DNA of 64,000 nt from Leptolyngbyaceae cyanobacterium (GTDB lineage Bacteria > Cyanobacteriota > Cyanobacteriia > Phormidesmidales > Phormidesmidaceae): the NCBI GenBank assembly GCA_050331235.1, contig JBHJHA010000005.1:37371-101370 (forward strand), written 5' to 3'. The notes below the pieces were generated by a model. That model did no database searches and was not told where the DNA came from. It worked only from the letters and a program-made list of their open reading frames with translations. Below, in pieces: positions 19,462 to 30,695 of this stretch (the stretch's first letter is position 1; every line of letters starts with the position of its first letter). The translations under genes and the position numbers were made by a program.

Positions 19462-20523
19462 CTAACCGATAATTTCGGGTGCTTCAGCAGCCGCCAAGTC
19501 GAGAGGGAAGTTGTGAGCATTACGCTCGTGCATCACTTCCATACCCAAGTTCGCACGGTTGATAATGTCCGCCCAAGTCGCAATGACACGACCCTGGCTA
19601 TCCAAAACCGACTGGTTGAAGTTGAAACCGTTCAGGTTGAACGCCATGGTGCTGATGCCCAAAGCGGTGAACCAGATGCCGATGACCGGCCATGCACCCA
19701 AGAAGAAGTGCAAGGAACGAGAGTTGTTGAAGGAAGCGTATTGGAAGATCAAACGACCGAAGTAGCCGTGGGCGGCCACGATGTTGTAAGTCTCTTCTTC
19801 CTGACCAAATTTGTAGCCGTAGTTCTGGGACTCGGTCTCGGTGGTCTCACTCACATATAAAAAGGTCACCAAGGAACCGTGCATCGCGGAGAACAAGCTG
19901 CCGCCGAACACGGCTGCTACACCCAACATGTGGAAGGGGTGCATCAAGATGTTGTGCTCTGCCTGGAATACCAACATAAAGTTGAACGTGCCAGAGATGC
20001 CCAGAGGCATACCGTCAGAGAAGGAGCCCTGACCCAAGGGGTAGATCAAGAAGACTGCAGTAGCAGACGCCAAAGGTGCAGAGTACGCAACACAGATCCA
20101 AGGGCGCATACCTAAACGGTAGGAAAGCTCCCACTGGCGGCCGAGATAGGCAAAACAGCCGATCAAAAAGTGAAAGATGATGAACTGGTAAGGACCACCG
20201 TTGTAGAGCCACTCATCGAGGGAAGCGGCTTCCCAGATGGGGTAGAAGTGCAGACCAATCGCGTTGGAAGACGGTACAACTGCACCAGAGATGATGTTGT
20301 TGCCGTACATCAAGGAGCCGGCAACGGGCTCACGGATGCCGTCGATGTCTACGGGAGGTGCGGCGATAAAAGCGATGACGAAACAAATGGTGGCGGCTGC
20401 CAAGGTCGGGATCATCAGCGTTCCAAACCAACCCACATACAGGCGGTTCTCGGTGCTGGTCACCCATTGACAGTAACGTTCCCACAGGCTCGCGCGATCG
20501 CGCGATTGCAATGTAGAAGTCAT
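19462..20523 (-). CDS. psbA: Photosystem II D1 protein (Q130 form), 353 aa
   Basis: [11 protein letters not shown]161, D170, E189/H190, H198, H215, H332/E333, D342/A344 all present; GRQWE gives Q130. Confidence 0.99.
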   Translation of the reverse strand: MTSTLQSRDRASLWERYCQWVTSTENRLYVGWFGTLMIPTLAAATICFVIAFIAAPPVDIDGIREPVAGSLMYGNNIISGAVVPSSNAIGLHFYPIWEAASLDEWLYNGGPYQFIIFHFLIGCFAYLGRQWELSYRLGMRPWICVAYSAPLASATAVFLIYPLGQGSFSDGMPLGISGTFNFMLVFQAEHNILMHPFHMLGVAAVFGGSLFSAMHGSLVTFLYVSETTETESQNYGYKFGQEEETYNIVAAHGYFGRLIFQYASFNNSRSLHFFLGAWPVIGIWFTALGISTMAFNLNGFNFNQSVLDSQGRVIATWADIINRANLGMEVMHERNAHNFPLDLAAAEAPEIIG

Positions 20524-20727
20524 AGTGATGATTGCCAGATATATACGACAAGAATGGGATGAAGCGGTCTGTTAATACAGCGCCTCACCTTATTGATTAG
20601 CGTAAAGATTCGTATTTGATATTTGGCTCTGCCGACAGGATTCTTCGTTTTATGACACGTTTCGTAATTCCTGCCGACAAATGAAAATTCGAGGCTTCTA
20701 GCCTGAGATTCGCGCGAGTAGAGGCTA

Positions 20728-21084
<357 letters not shown>

Positions 21085-21228
21085 CTATGACGGAGCGTCC
21101 TCATCCTATCAGCGTCTTTGGGCCAACACACAAACCATTGAGTATCACAAACGCCGAGGTGAATGTTGAGAAGTCCCAACCGAGATCTATACATTTAGCC
21201 CCAGCCCTCGTGCCGACTTCAGGTTGTC

Positions 21229-21753
21229 TCAGCTTTGTCTGAAATCGTCGCTTTCAAGCATCTCCGACGCAAACCACCGCAGGAAATATAGGTTACAGCT
21301 GCTGTGCCCAGAATTTCCTAAGGGGGTGGAGATCGCGCGAAAGCCGGCTTTTTTATATAGCCGAATGGCATCCTTCATCGCATCGAACGTTTCTAAATAG
21401 CAACCTTGATAATTCAGCGTTTGTGCAGTGGTTAAGAGCTGCTGTATCAGCGCTTTGCCCATCCCCTGACCGCGCATTTGGGGGAGCAGATACATTTTTT
21501 GCAGCTCACAGATCTGCTCATATTCGCAAGCAAAGGGAGCGATGCCCCCACCTCCCACCACAGCCCTGTCAACCACTACTACGTAATACACCGCATTCTC
21601 AGCAGCATAGGCTCGGTGCAGGTAATCCAGCTCTGGATCCGCCCAAGCAAAACCGGGGCGATTGGCCCCAAATTCCGCTAAGACTTGTCGAATAATGGAC
21701 GCCATGGAGAGGCTGTCTTGGGGCTGAATCTGCCGAATTTCGAAACGCGTCAT
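21229..21753 (-). CDS. GNAT N-acetyltransferase
   Basis: CELQKMYL, RGQGMG acetyl-CoA motif, YLET, LYKKAGF. Confidence 0.92.
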   Translation of the reverse strand: MTRFEIRQIQPQDSLSMASIIRQVLAEFGANRPGFAWADPELDYLHRAYAAENAVYYVVVVDRAVVGGGGIAPFACEYEQICELQKMYLLPQMRGQGMGKALIQQLLTTAQTLNYQGCYLETFDAMKDAIRLYKKAGFRAISTPLGNSGHSSCNLYFLRWFASEMLESDDFRQS

Positions 21754-21761
21754 GGCTATAG

Positions 21762-22064
21762 TTACAATCGGCGGGAATCAGAATATCGGCGATCACGCCG
21801 AGTAAATAGTTTGAGAAAAGGCAGACGATTTTGGACCCGCTTCGGCTGGAGCTTTTCACCAATTTTGTTGAGCGGGCTGGGTGCTGAGTCAGTTTCCGGA
21901 GGCACCCCCCCTGGCGTTTGCCACCAGGCGGCGACTGTACCTCCTGCAAACCCGGCGATCGCCCCAAACAAAATACTTGGAGCGATTTCATACCCTAGTA
22001 AAATAAAGGCCAACAAGAAGCCAAGCCATAGCTTCAGGGCGACAGGAAAAATTTTGTCAGTCAC
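21762..22064 (-). CDS. Small hypothetical membrane protein
   Basis: Two hydrophobic helices and a basic tail; tightly packed in a co-oriented gene run. Confidence 0.7.
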   Translation of the reverse strand: MTDKIFPVALKLWLGFLLAFILLGYEIAPSILFGAIAGFAGGTVAAWWQTPGGVPPETDSAPSPLNKIGEKLQPKRVQNRLPFLKLFTRRDRRYSDSRRL

Positions 22065-22131
22065 GGTTCACCTACTGATCCACCGCCTTGCTTTGGAAAA
22101 CACTTGACTCGGGAACAACCGGTCATGTTAT

Positions 22132-23670
22132 CTATGGCTCTAATATAGACTGCAACTGAGAAGACAGGGCTTGGGGCGTGTCGATAGTCTTGACAAGGGC
22201 AGCTTCAGTTTCTGTGAATGGCTCAAACTGCTGCGTTGATAATACCGCCACCGTCGCATCGGCAATATCTCCCTGTCGTGCTCTTACCCGCTCCGCTAAT
22301 ACTGGATAAGGCGCTTGACAGTGAACGAATGTCAGCGGCAACTGATGAGCTTGCGCTTGCCCAATGGCGAGTTGACGAGTTTCAGCCCGGTCAAACTTGG
22401 CGTCCAAAATAATGGTATAGCCCTGTTTGGCCAGCATGCCTCCTAAAGCCGTCAGTCGCTGGTAGGTTTTTTGAGTCATCTCGGGCGTATAGAGACTGTC
22501 ATCGCCACGCGCCTCCACCGGCACGCCCCCCAGATGCTTCCTCACGGCATCAGAGCGAATGTAGATGGCCCCTAGCTGGCGGCTGATCGCCTGTGCCAGG
22601 GTACTTTTGCCCGAACCTGATAGACCTGACATGACAAATAACTGGCCTGTCTGAGGCTGTGTGTATGACCATGCTAGGGTGTAGTATTTGGCCGCTTTGG
22701 CTGCTGCTGCTTGCTTGACTAGCTCCTCAATGGAAGGATCGCCTAGCAAAAAAGACGTCACCTTAGCCCGCACATATGACTGACGGCTGACATACAGTGG
22801 TAAAACCTGCAGGCCTTCCCAATCGCCGGTGCATTCAACGTAATGGCTCAAAAAGCTGGCGGCTAGATCCGTGCGCCCTTCTACCGTCAAATCCATAATG
22901 ATGTAAGCGATGTCAAACATGACATCGACAAAGCGAAAAGGCTCATTGAATTCGATACAGTCGAACAGTAGCAGCTGGTCTTCCCAATAGCAGATGTTGT
23001 TGAGATGGAGATCGCCATGGCAGGCACGGATTTTGTCCTGGGCGATGCGCTGATCAAGCAAGTCGCGGCGGGTCGCAAAAAAGCCATCAGTGTAAGCTTT
23101 GGTCTCATCAAACTGCTGCTGAGTCTGAGGACCACCGATAAAGCCGGCGGTTTGCTCATAGTTTTCGTCAATAGACTGGCGAACATTCTCGACCGTCCCA
23201 AAAGCCCGGATATAGTTGTTGGTTTCAGCCTTAAGGTGGAAGGCAGCGATCGCCTCGGCCAGTTCGCGCAATAACTCTTCGGTCAGCTCTCCCCGCTCAA
23301 AATGTTGGCTCAAGAGCGTACTTTGAGGAAACTGGCGCATCTTGACAACATATTCCACGACATTAGCGTCGTCACCAAGAACAAAGCGATCGCCCCGCTC
23401 AGAGACGGGCAATGTCCCCAGGTAAACCGGGGCAGCAGCCCGCTGATTGAGACGTATTTCTTCTTCGCAAAATCGCTGCCGCTTCTCCAGGGTGGAATAA
23501 TCTAAAAAGCCAAAATTCACGGGTTTTTTGAGCTTATAGGCAAACTCTCCCGTCAATAGCACATATGACACATGGGTCTGCATCAGGGTGATGGGGGTCT
23601 GCACCGGATGGGGATAAAAATCTGGTTCGAGCATCTGCTGGATGAGGGGAGGAAGGGATGCGTTAGCCAT
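22132..23670 (-). CDS. Bifunctional APH-like kinase / AAA_33 P-loop protein
   Basis: QTHVSYVLL, YKLKKPV, CHGDLHL.N, FDCIEFN, C-terminal GLSGSGKST and RSDAVRK. Confidence 0.9.
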   Translation of the reverse strand: MANASLPPLIQQMLEPDFYPHPVQTPITLMQTHVSYVLLTGEFAYKLKKPVNFGFLDYSTLEKRQRFCEEEIRLNQRAAAPVYLGTLPVSERGDRFVLGDDANVVEYVVKMRQFPQSTLLSQHFERGELTEELLRELAEAIAAFHLKAETNNYIRAFGTVENVRQSIDENYEQTAGFIGGPQTQQQFDETKAYTDGFFATRRDLLDQRIAQDKIRACHGDLHLNNICYWEDQLLLFDCIEFNEPFRFVDVMFDIAYIIMDLTVEGRTDLAASFLSHYVECTGDWEGLQVLPLYVSRQSYVRAKVTSFLLGDPSIEELVKQAAAAKAAKYYTLAWSYTQPQTGQLFVMSGLSGSGKSTLAQAISRQLGAIYIRSDAVRKHLGGVPVEARGDDSLYTPEMTQKTYQRLTALGGMLAKQGYTIILDAKFDRAETRQLAIGQAQAHQLPLTFVHCQAPYPVLAERVRARQGDIADATVAVLSTQQFEPFTETEAALVKTIDTPQALSSQLQSILEP

Positions 23671-23692
23671 AAACACCGTGATTTTGAACAAT

Positions 23693-23719
23693 AAAAAACC
23701 AGGGATGTTGATCCCTGGT
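23693..23719 (-). terminator. Rho-independent terminator after rplY
   Basis: Minus strand reads ACCAGGGAT-caac-ATCCCTGGT-TTTTT. Confidence 0.8.
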
Positions 23720-23738
23720 CAAGCAAAATTTGCCTTAC

Positions 23739-24374
23739 TTAATTAGCCCCAGCGTCGGTAACCGTTTCCAGGGGCGAGGCCACTGGAGCTGATGCCTCTT
23801 CCTCAGCTGTCGGCATGGTGCGAGGTGCCGCAACCATGACTAACGTCTTGTCGGTGTCGGTGATCACCTCTACACCGTTTGGCAACTGCAGGTCGCTAAT
23901 GTGCAAATTTTCACCTACCGCCAAATGGGAGACGTCAATATCGACAGATTCAGGAATTGCTTCGGGAGCACAACGGATGGCTAGCTCACTAACAATAATG
24001 TCGAGAGTACCGCCTTCATCGATGACCCCTTTAGCTTCGCCAACGTAGTTGACGGCAACTTCAACATCCACACTGGCCTGACTTGCGATGGAAAAGAAAC
24101 TCAAATGGTAAAGCTGTTCCTTCCAAGGATGAGCTTGAACTTCCCGCAAAAGTGCCTGCCCGCTCCAGGACAGGTCAGGGACCTTGACATTGATCAACGT
24201 ATTGTTAATCGATGCACTCCGTACCAATCGCTCCGCTGCTCGCTGGGGCACGGTCAAGGAAACCGAGGCATCACCATCATGTCCGTATAAGACTGCAGGA
24301 ATCAGCCCCTCACGGCGCAGAGCTCTGGGATTTGCGCTATCGTCGCGCTTTTGACATTCAATCGACAGTTCCAT
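23739..24374 (-). CDS. rplY: 50S ribosomal protein L25/general stress protein Ctc
   Basis: LRREGLIPAVLYG, REVQAHP, HLSF, C-terminal beta domain. Confidence 0.95.
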   Translation of the reverse strand: MELSIECQKRDDSANPRALRREGLIPAVLYGHDGDASVSLTVPQRAAERLVRSASINNTLINVKVPDLSWSGQALLREVQAHPWKEQLYHLSFFSIASQASVDVEVAVNYVGEAKGVIDEGGTLDIIVSELAIRCAPEAIPESVDIDVSHLAVGENLHISDLQLPNGVEVITDTDKTLVMVAAPRTMPTAEEEASAPVASPLETVTDAGAN

Positions 24375-24424
24375 AGGACTTAATTAACAACTCAAAGTAA
24401 CTTAGGCAGCAAACAAACGAACAA

Positions 24425-25762
24425 TCAAGCGACCTGCGATGCGCTCCCATTTTCATAGAGCAGCGCTCGCTTAGGACCGTGAATCGGATCTTCCACGATA
24501 ATGGTCTGGTCGCGGCTAGCACCCAGCGATACGATCGCGATGGGTACTTCCATCAACTCAGCCAAAAACTTGAGGTAATCCAGAGCTTGTGACGGCAAGT
24601 CTTCCAAAGATCGACAGTTCTCAGTCGAAGTTTTCCAACCCGGTAGAGTAGTGTATATCGGTTCGCACTGAGCAAACAACCGTCCACTACTGGGAAGATC
24701 TTGATGCACTTGGTCGCCGACTCGATAGGCAGTGCAAACTTGAATTTCGTCTAGGGCATCCAAGACATCTAGTTTGGTGATGGCTAAGCAGTCAATGCCG
24801 TTAATCCGGACCGCATAGCGGCCAATCACTCCATCAAACCAGCCACAGCGGCGGCGACGACCGGTAGTCGTGCCAAACTCTGATCCCAGCTCACAGAGCT
24901 TGTCTCCTAGACCGCCTACTAGCTCCGTGGGAAAAGGTCCTTCCCCTACTCGAGTTGTGTAGGCCTTAGCAACGCCAATTACCCGATCAATCATGGTCGG
25001 CCCAACCCCAGAACCAATGCAGGCACCACCAGCTACCGGATTAGATGAGGTGACGTAGGGATAAGTCCCATGGTCTAAATCCAATAATGTGCCCTGGGCG
25101 CCCTCAAATAAAATGTTTTTACGTTGGCGAATAGCGTTGTCAATTAGCAGGGAACTGTCAACCACGTGAGGGCGCAAGCGATCGGCGTATCCGCGATACT
25201 CATCGAGCACTACTTTGGGATCGAGGGGCTCTAGCCCATACAGCTTCTCCAGCACGACATTTTTATACTGAATGGTCCATTCAAGCTGCTCTTCTAAACC
25301 ATCCATTTCAATCAGGTCGACCATGCGGATGCCTATGCGCTCAGATTTGTCTGCGTAGGTCGGGCCGATACCGCGACGGGTAGTCCCAATCTTCTTTTTG
25401 CCGCGACGTTCTTCCGAAGCCTGATCGAGTAACCGATGGTAGGGCATTGTGACGTGGGCTGCTTCCGAGATAAAAAGCTTTTCGGTTGAGATGCCTAGGC
25501 CCTCGAGCATGTCCAGCTCTTTGATAATTGCGCGGGGATCTATCACCGTCCCGCTGCCAATCACACATTCTGTATCGGGAGACAAAATACCAGAAGGAAT
25601 CAGGTGCAGCTTAAAAACTTGATCCTGTACCACTACGGTGTGACCTGCATTGACGCCGCCCTGGTAGCGCACGACGACATGAGCCGATCGACTCAAGAGG
25701 TCAGTTATTTTGCCTTTTCCCTCGTCGCCCCACTGGGCACCAATTACTACGACGTTAGCCAA
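24425..25762 (-). CDS. purA: Adenylosuccinate synthetase (TTG start)
   Basis: [43 protein letters not shown]. Confidence 0.98.
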   Translation of the reverse strand: MANVVVIGAQWGDEGKGKITDLLSRSAHVVVRYQGGVNAGHTVVVQDQVFKLHLIPSGILSPDTECVIGSGTVIDPRAIIKELDMLEGLGISTEKLFISEAAHVTMPYHRLLDQASEERRGKKKIGTTRRGIGPTYADKSERIGIRMVDLIEMDGLEEQLEWTIQYKNVVLEKLYGLEPLDPKVVLDEYRGYADRLRPHVVDSSLLIDNAIRQRKNILFEGAQGTLLDLDHGTYPYVTSSNPVAGGACIGSGVGPTMIDRVIGVAKAYTTRVGEGPFPTELVGGLGDKLCELGSEFGTTTGRRRRCGWFDGVIGRYAVRINGIDCLAITKLDVLDALDEIQVCTAYRVGDQVHQDLPSSGRLFAQCEPIYTTLPGWKTSTENCRSLEDLPSQALDYLKFLAELMEVPIAIVSLGASRDQTIIVEDPIHGPKRALLYENGSASQVA

Positions 25763-26071
25763 TGTCTTAAGGTCTTCCGTTCACACAAATGACCATTATC
25801 CTCAGGTTTTTGCACCTCTGTCAAGGTGTTCAATCAGAAAAAGGACGACTATTATTCAGTCCGGCAGGATACATATCGATTCACTAAGACGTCTAGGACC
25901 TGATGCTAGGGGATTGAGGATGAACGCAGGTGGAAAACGCAAAGATTTCTAAGTTAACTCCTCACTATAAAGCTAATTAGGTGAATTCGCGGTAAAACAG
26001 TAGGTAGTCGACGAATTCGTTCACAATTCTTAGCGTTTGATGGCTGTTACTGCATTCAGAGGGAGTCTGCG

Positions 26072-27136
26072 ATGAGTCTTTATGCCGAGCTTCACCGCCA
26101 CCTGGGGGGGTCTGTGGTGCCCAGGGTGCTCTGGCGGTACTTCCAGCGCAATCGTCCTGACGTTAGCGATCGCTTTGATGACTATCCAGCCTTTGAGGAG
26201 TTTTACACGCGTCCCCGCAATACGCTGGCAGAATACCTGGAGCTCCACACTTTAGTGGAGAGCGTGCAGACTCAAGAGGCTCTTCCTTATTTTGTGTATC
26301 GCCTGATTCGGGGGGCTTACATTTTTGAGAACTTGGCTTATTTAGAGCTCCGCTACACCCCTTATCTCCGCACTCCGGAGCATCTATCCCAAAACGAACG
26401 CATCGATAAGATGACCGAGATCGTTCAAGTGGTGGGTCAGGCCAGTCAGCAAACGGAATATCCCGTGGTGACTAAGCAAATCCTCTGTATGCATTCGCGG
26501 TTGCCCTATGAGGTTAATCAGGCGATTGTTCAGTTGGCCATCCAATATCCAGAGTTTGTCTGTGCGATCGACTTGGCCGGTGGTGATGCGAAGTATGGCG
26601 ATCGCTTAGACGAATATATTGCTCTCTACTCCCACGCACGGAGTGCCGGTGTTCGTACAACAGGCCACGTGTTTGAAACCCAGGATGGCTGCCACCCCGA
26701 ACTGTTGCCTTACCTAATGCGGATTGGCCACGGCATTCAAATTCCGCTGCAGCGTCCCGACTTGCTCAAAGAAGTGGCTGCCCGCCGCCAGTGTCTCGAA
26801 ATTTGTCCAACCACGTATTTCAAAACCGGCACTTTAGACCACATTCAGCAGTTGAAGCCGGTGTTTGACCAATGCTTTGAGGCCGGCGTCGATATTGCCA
26901 TTTGCACTGACAATGCCGGACTGCACAATGTACGCTTGCCCTTTGAGTATGAGAACCTGCTGACTCAAGACATTATCGGGTTTGACCAGTTGCAGGCCTG
27001 TCAGGCAGCGGCCTTTCGTCATGCGTTTGCTTGGCCCCATGAGCGGCAACCGGGCTCAATGATTGATGCGATGCTGCGCCGCGATCTCGGCGATCTAATC
27101 GATGAGGAAGTCGATGAGCCGGCTGTGTATTGGTAG
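26072..27136 (+). CDS. Adenosine deaminase family protein
   Basis: AELHRHLGGS, YLELRYTP, RIGHG, LEICPT, CTDN. Confidence 0.9.
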   Translation: MSLYAELHRHLGGSVVPRVLWRYFQRNRPDVSDRFDDYPAFEEFYTRPRNTLAEYLELHTLVESVQTQEALPYFVYRLIRGAYIFENLAYLELRYTPYLRTPEHLSQNERIDKMTEIVQVVGQASQQTEYPVVTKQILCMHSRLPYEVNQAIVQLAIQYPEFVCAIDLAGGDAKYGDRLDEYIALYSHARSAGVRTTGHVFETQDGCHPELLPYLMRIGHGIQIPLQRPDLLKEVAARRQCLEICPTTYFKTGTLDHIQQLKPVFDQCFEAGVDIAICTDNAGLHNVRLPFEYENLLTQDIIGFDQLQACQAAAFRHAFAWPHERQPGSMIDAMLRRDLGDLIDEEVDEPAVYW

Positions 27137-27305
27137 CCAATCGTCTGTCTGAAAGGCTTGGAAGGGTTTAGCCAAGAATGATTTAACGGGTTTTTACCGG
27201 GGGTGCAGTAAATTACTCGCCGAAAGGGTGCGACTGGTTGCATGATCCTAGATAATGAACAGGTTTTGTAAATTCCTGTCGCGTTCAAAAATCACGGGCA
27301 AAGTC

Positions 27306-29117
27306 ATGCGAACCCACTACTGCGGTCACCTGCGAGCATCCCACCTTGGCGAAATCGTTACCCTCTTTGGCTGGGTTGATCGTCGTCGTGATCATGGGGG
27401 TGTCATCTTTGTGGACCTGCGCGATCGCACGGGCGTAGTACAAATTGTCAGCGACCCTGAGCGGACCCCGGACTCTTTTGGTATCGCCAACGACCTGCGC
27501 AATGAGTACGTGATTCGCATCACGGGCAAGGTTAGTCAGCGCCCAGACGCATCGCTGAATCCAAAACTGCCTACTGGCGAAGTCGAAATCTATGCTGATG
27601 AAATTGCTCTGTTGAGCGCTGTTCGCAAGCAACTTCCGTTTCAGGTTTCTACGGCTGATTCTGAACCAGTTAAGGAAGAACTACGACTGCGATATCGCTA
27701 TCTCGACCTGCGCCGTGAGCGCATGGCCCAAAACTTGCAGGTGCGCCACAACGTGATTAAAGCGATTCGTCGCTTCCTCGAGGACGAAGAGCAATTTATG
27801 GAGATCGAGACGCCGATTCTCACCCGTTCGACGCCGGAGGGAGCCCGCGATTTTGTGCTGCCTTCCCGAGTCAATGAAGGAGAATGGTTTGCGCTGCCCC
27901 AGTCACCCCAGTTGTTCAAACAAATTTTGATGGTATCGGGGGTTGATCGCTATTACCAAATTGCCCGCTGCTTTCGCGACGAAGATCTCCGCGCTGATCG
28001 CCAGCCCGAGTTTACCCAGCTTGATATGGAGATGAGTTTTCTTAGTCAAGAAGAGATTCTGGACTTGAACGAGCGGTTGGTTTGCCATATCTATAAGTCA
28101 GTTAAGGGGATTGAACTGCCCCGACCATTTCCTCGGTTGACCTATGCGGAGGCGATGGATCGCTATGGAAGCGATAAACCCGATACGCGTTACGGCTTAG
28201 AACTGGTTGAAGTTTCGGACTTAGTGGCTGGTTCTGGCTTCAAGGTGTTTTCAGGTGCGGTGAAATCCGATGGCATGGTTAAGGTGCTGCCGATTCCCAA
28301 TGGCAATGATGTTATCTCCAATGTGCGGATCAAACCCGGTGGGGACCTCTTCAAGGTGGCTGCCGACGCGGGAGCCAAAGGATTGGCTTATATTCGCGTG
28401 CGGGAGGGGGGCGAAATCGATACGATTGGGGCGATCAAAGATAACCTCACGCCTGAGCAGGTTGAAGAGTTGCTCGTACGCACTCGGGCAGAGGCCGGAA
28501 CGCTACTACTCTTTGGGGCCGGACCGAATGAGATTGTCAACCCCACCCTAGACCGGGTGCGACAGGCGATCGCGAAGGAGATGGCTCTCATTCCCGCCAA
28601 CCAAATTAATCTGCTCTGGGTGACTGATTTCCCGATGTTTGAGTGGAATGCTGATGAAAAACGCCTCGAAGCGCTTCACCATCCATTTACCGCCCCCCGC
28701 CCCGATGAAATGAACGACCTGACAACCGCCAGGGCTCAAGCCTATGACTTGGTTCTCAATGGGTACGAAATCGGTGGTGGCAGCTTGCGTATTTATCAAC
28801 CGGAGGTGCAACGTCAGGTGTTTGAGACTATCGGTTTATCTGATGAAGAAGCACAAGAAAAGTTTGGCTTTTTGCTGGAGGCTTTTGAATACGGCACCCC
28901 TCCCCACGGCGGTATCGCCTATGGCCTTGATCGCCTCGTCATGCTGATGGCTGGGGAAGAGTCTATTCGTGATGCGATCGCCTTTCCTAAGACCCAGCAG
29001 GCCCGCTGCTTGCTGACGGGAGCTCCCGCTTCGGTCAATCCCCAACAGTTAAAAGAACTTCACGTGGCGTCCACCTATCGGCCCAAGCCAAAGGAAACCG
29101 CTACAGAGGACTCATAG
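27306..29117 (+). CDS. aspS: Aspartate--tRNA ligase
   Basis: [55 protein letters not shown]. Confidence 0.98.
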   Translation: MRTHYCGHLRASHLGEIVTLFGWVDRRRDHGGVIFVDLRDRTGVVQIVSDPERTPDSFGIANDLRNEYVIRITGKVSQRPDASLNPKLPTGEVEIYADEIALLSAVRKQLPFQVSTADSEPVKEELRLRYRYLDLRRERMAQNLQVRHNVIKAIRRFLEDEEQFMEIETPILTRSTPEGARDFVLPSRVNEGEWFALPQSPQLFKQILMVSGVDRYYQIARCFRDEDLRADRQPEFTQLDMEMSFLSQEEILDLNERLVCHIYKSVKGIELPRPFPRLTYAEAMDRYGSDKPDTRYGLELVEVSDLVAGSGFKVFSGAVKSDGMVKVLPIPNGNDVISNVRIKPGGDLFKVAADAGAKGLAYIRVREGGEIDTIGAIKDNLTPEQVEELLVRTRAEAGTLLLFGAGPNEIVNPTLDRVRQAIAKEMALIPANQINLLWVTDFPMFEWNADEKRLEALHHPFTAPRPDEMNDLTTARAQAYDLVLNGYEIGGGSLRIYQPEVQRQVFETIGLSDEEAQEKFGFLLEAFEYGTPPHGGIAYGLDRLVMLMAGEESIRDAIAFPKTQQARCLLTGAPASVNPQQLKELHVASTYRPKPKETATEDS

Positions 29118-29295
29118 TCAGGGTTTCGGAGCTAGTGATAGGGATTTAAGATGCCCAGTACATAGGCTGAAGTTTTCACAACTTTACCTAAAGTCATAAG
29201 GATTACTACAAATACATGGAGATGAGACCAGACACTTTTGCGATCACGATAGGATTTCATTAATTGATATCGAAGAGAAATCTCGTCTTTTCCCT

Positions 29296-29694
29296 ATGCT
29301 GATTGTTTTGCTGATTTTTGGCTTGAGCCTGGTGCCAGCCCTGATTTCTGTTTGGGTAAGTTTGCGGACCCGCGATCGCGTGCAGGCTGAGTTTGGCCGA
29401 GCGATGGAAGTGGCTGCCCAAAGAGGACTCAAGGCGGCACTTCAGCGCGATCAAGATCTCAACTACGTGGAAGGCATCGGCTACGTAATTGGTGACTTTA
29501 GCTGTGCGATGAACGCTCGCTCACCTTATTTGCGTTGTGCGATGAATCCTTGTGGGCCTTGTCACGGCTGCCAATACTATGAAGCCCCAATCGTGCGCGA
29601 GGTCGTCATGACCGTACCCGAAACAGCCAAAGCTTGTGTGATTCCACCGATGCCTAATACCTGTCCGTTGCCAGCTTTTTCCTCCGTCGCGTAG
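29296..29694 (+). CDS. Cyanobacterial Cys-cluster membrane protein (DUF6464-like)
   Basis: N-terminal TM helix; IGDFSC..NARSPYLRCAMNP.GPC..C..YE motif. Confidence 0.75.
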   Translation: MLIVLLIFGLSLVPALISVWVSLRTRDRVQAEFGRAMEVAAQRGLKAALQRDQDLNYVEGIGYVIGDFSCAMNARSPYLRCAMNPCGPCHGCQYYEAPIVREVVMTVPETAKACVIPPMPNTCPLPAFSSVA

Positions 29695-29943
29695 GCGGTT
29701 GCGGTTCTGTTAACGTTGGGGCTGCGATCGCTGCCGAACGACCAAACATAGTTCATTGGTAAACGCTCAGAAGTATATTTCCGGGCGTTTATTGCATTTT
29801 TGCTGATGTCTGAGAATGTTTTTAGCTCATCTCTGATGGGGGAATTGCTGCCCCCGCATGCTTTTGACTCCTGGGTGCTGGTAGCCGCGATTTGCCAAGA
29901 TGGGGCCGATTGCTTCCCGGATATTCAAGTGACTTGAGTGCGT

Positions 29944-30549
29944 ATGGATAGTCTGAATCTTTTGTTAGCGCTGTGCCTGGGACTTGGGCTGAGCGCCGCC
30001 TGTGGATTTCGAGTTTTCCTGCCTCCGTTTGCCATGAGCTTGGCCACCCATCGGGGCATGCTTGTGCCTGCTCCCAAGTGGGCTTGGCTGGGTAGTGAAA
30101 CGGCAGTAATCATCTAGGGCGTGGCAACTACGATAGAAGTCTTTGCTTACTTCATTCCGTGGGTCAGCAATGCGTTGGACTCATTGGAACTTATAGCCGC
30201 TCCCATCGCAGGCACTTTGATCACCGTCACCAGTTTGTCCATGGTGGGGGATATCAACCCGGTTTTAATGTGGACAACTGCCGTGATCGCGGGCGGCGGT
30301 ACGGCAGAGTTGGTTGAAGGCGCTACCACGGTAACTCGCCTAACGGCTGCCAGCGCCACCGGGGGCTTGGCTAATCCCGTCGTGGGCATAATTGAACTGC
30401 TTACTTCAACCATACTGACGCTCTTGGCGATGACGGCTCCGCTCTTGACCCTGGTCTTGGTTGCAGGGCTGGCGATTTATTGCTGGCGGCGGCTACAGCG
30501 CTGGCGCCGGTGGCGCTCGCGAGCCCGCCAGTCATCGACAGAGCCATAG
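29944..30549 (+). pseudogene. DUF4126 family membrane protein interrupted by in-frame TAG
   Basis: ATG 29944 gives MDSLNLLLALCLGLGLSAACGFRVFLP...ETAVII, TAG at 30115-30117, then the same frame continues GVATTIEVFAYFIPWV.NALD...GGLANPVV. Confidence 0.85.
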
Positions 30550-30695
30550 GACTTTACCCTCCCTTGGCCCTACCGATTTGAATATTTCTTCAGTCTAGCC
30601 AAGAGGAATGGTTAACCTGTCGCTGAGCGTCAGCGCGAACATGACAATCGCCCAAGATGATCGAATTTTTATCGCCGAGTTGTCGGCCATCGAGC

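Noticed and set aside
19462..20523. Rogue or super-rogue D1 (chlorophyll f synthase), or an intron in psbA
   Set aside because: All Mn4CaO5 ligands and Y161/H190 are present, and the frame is colinear with normal D1 numbering
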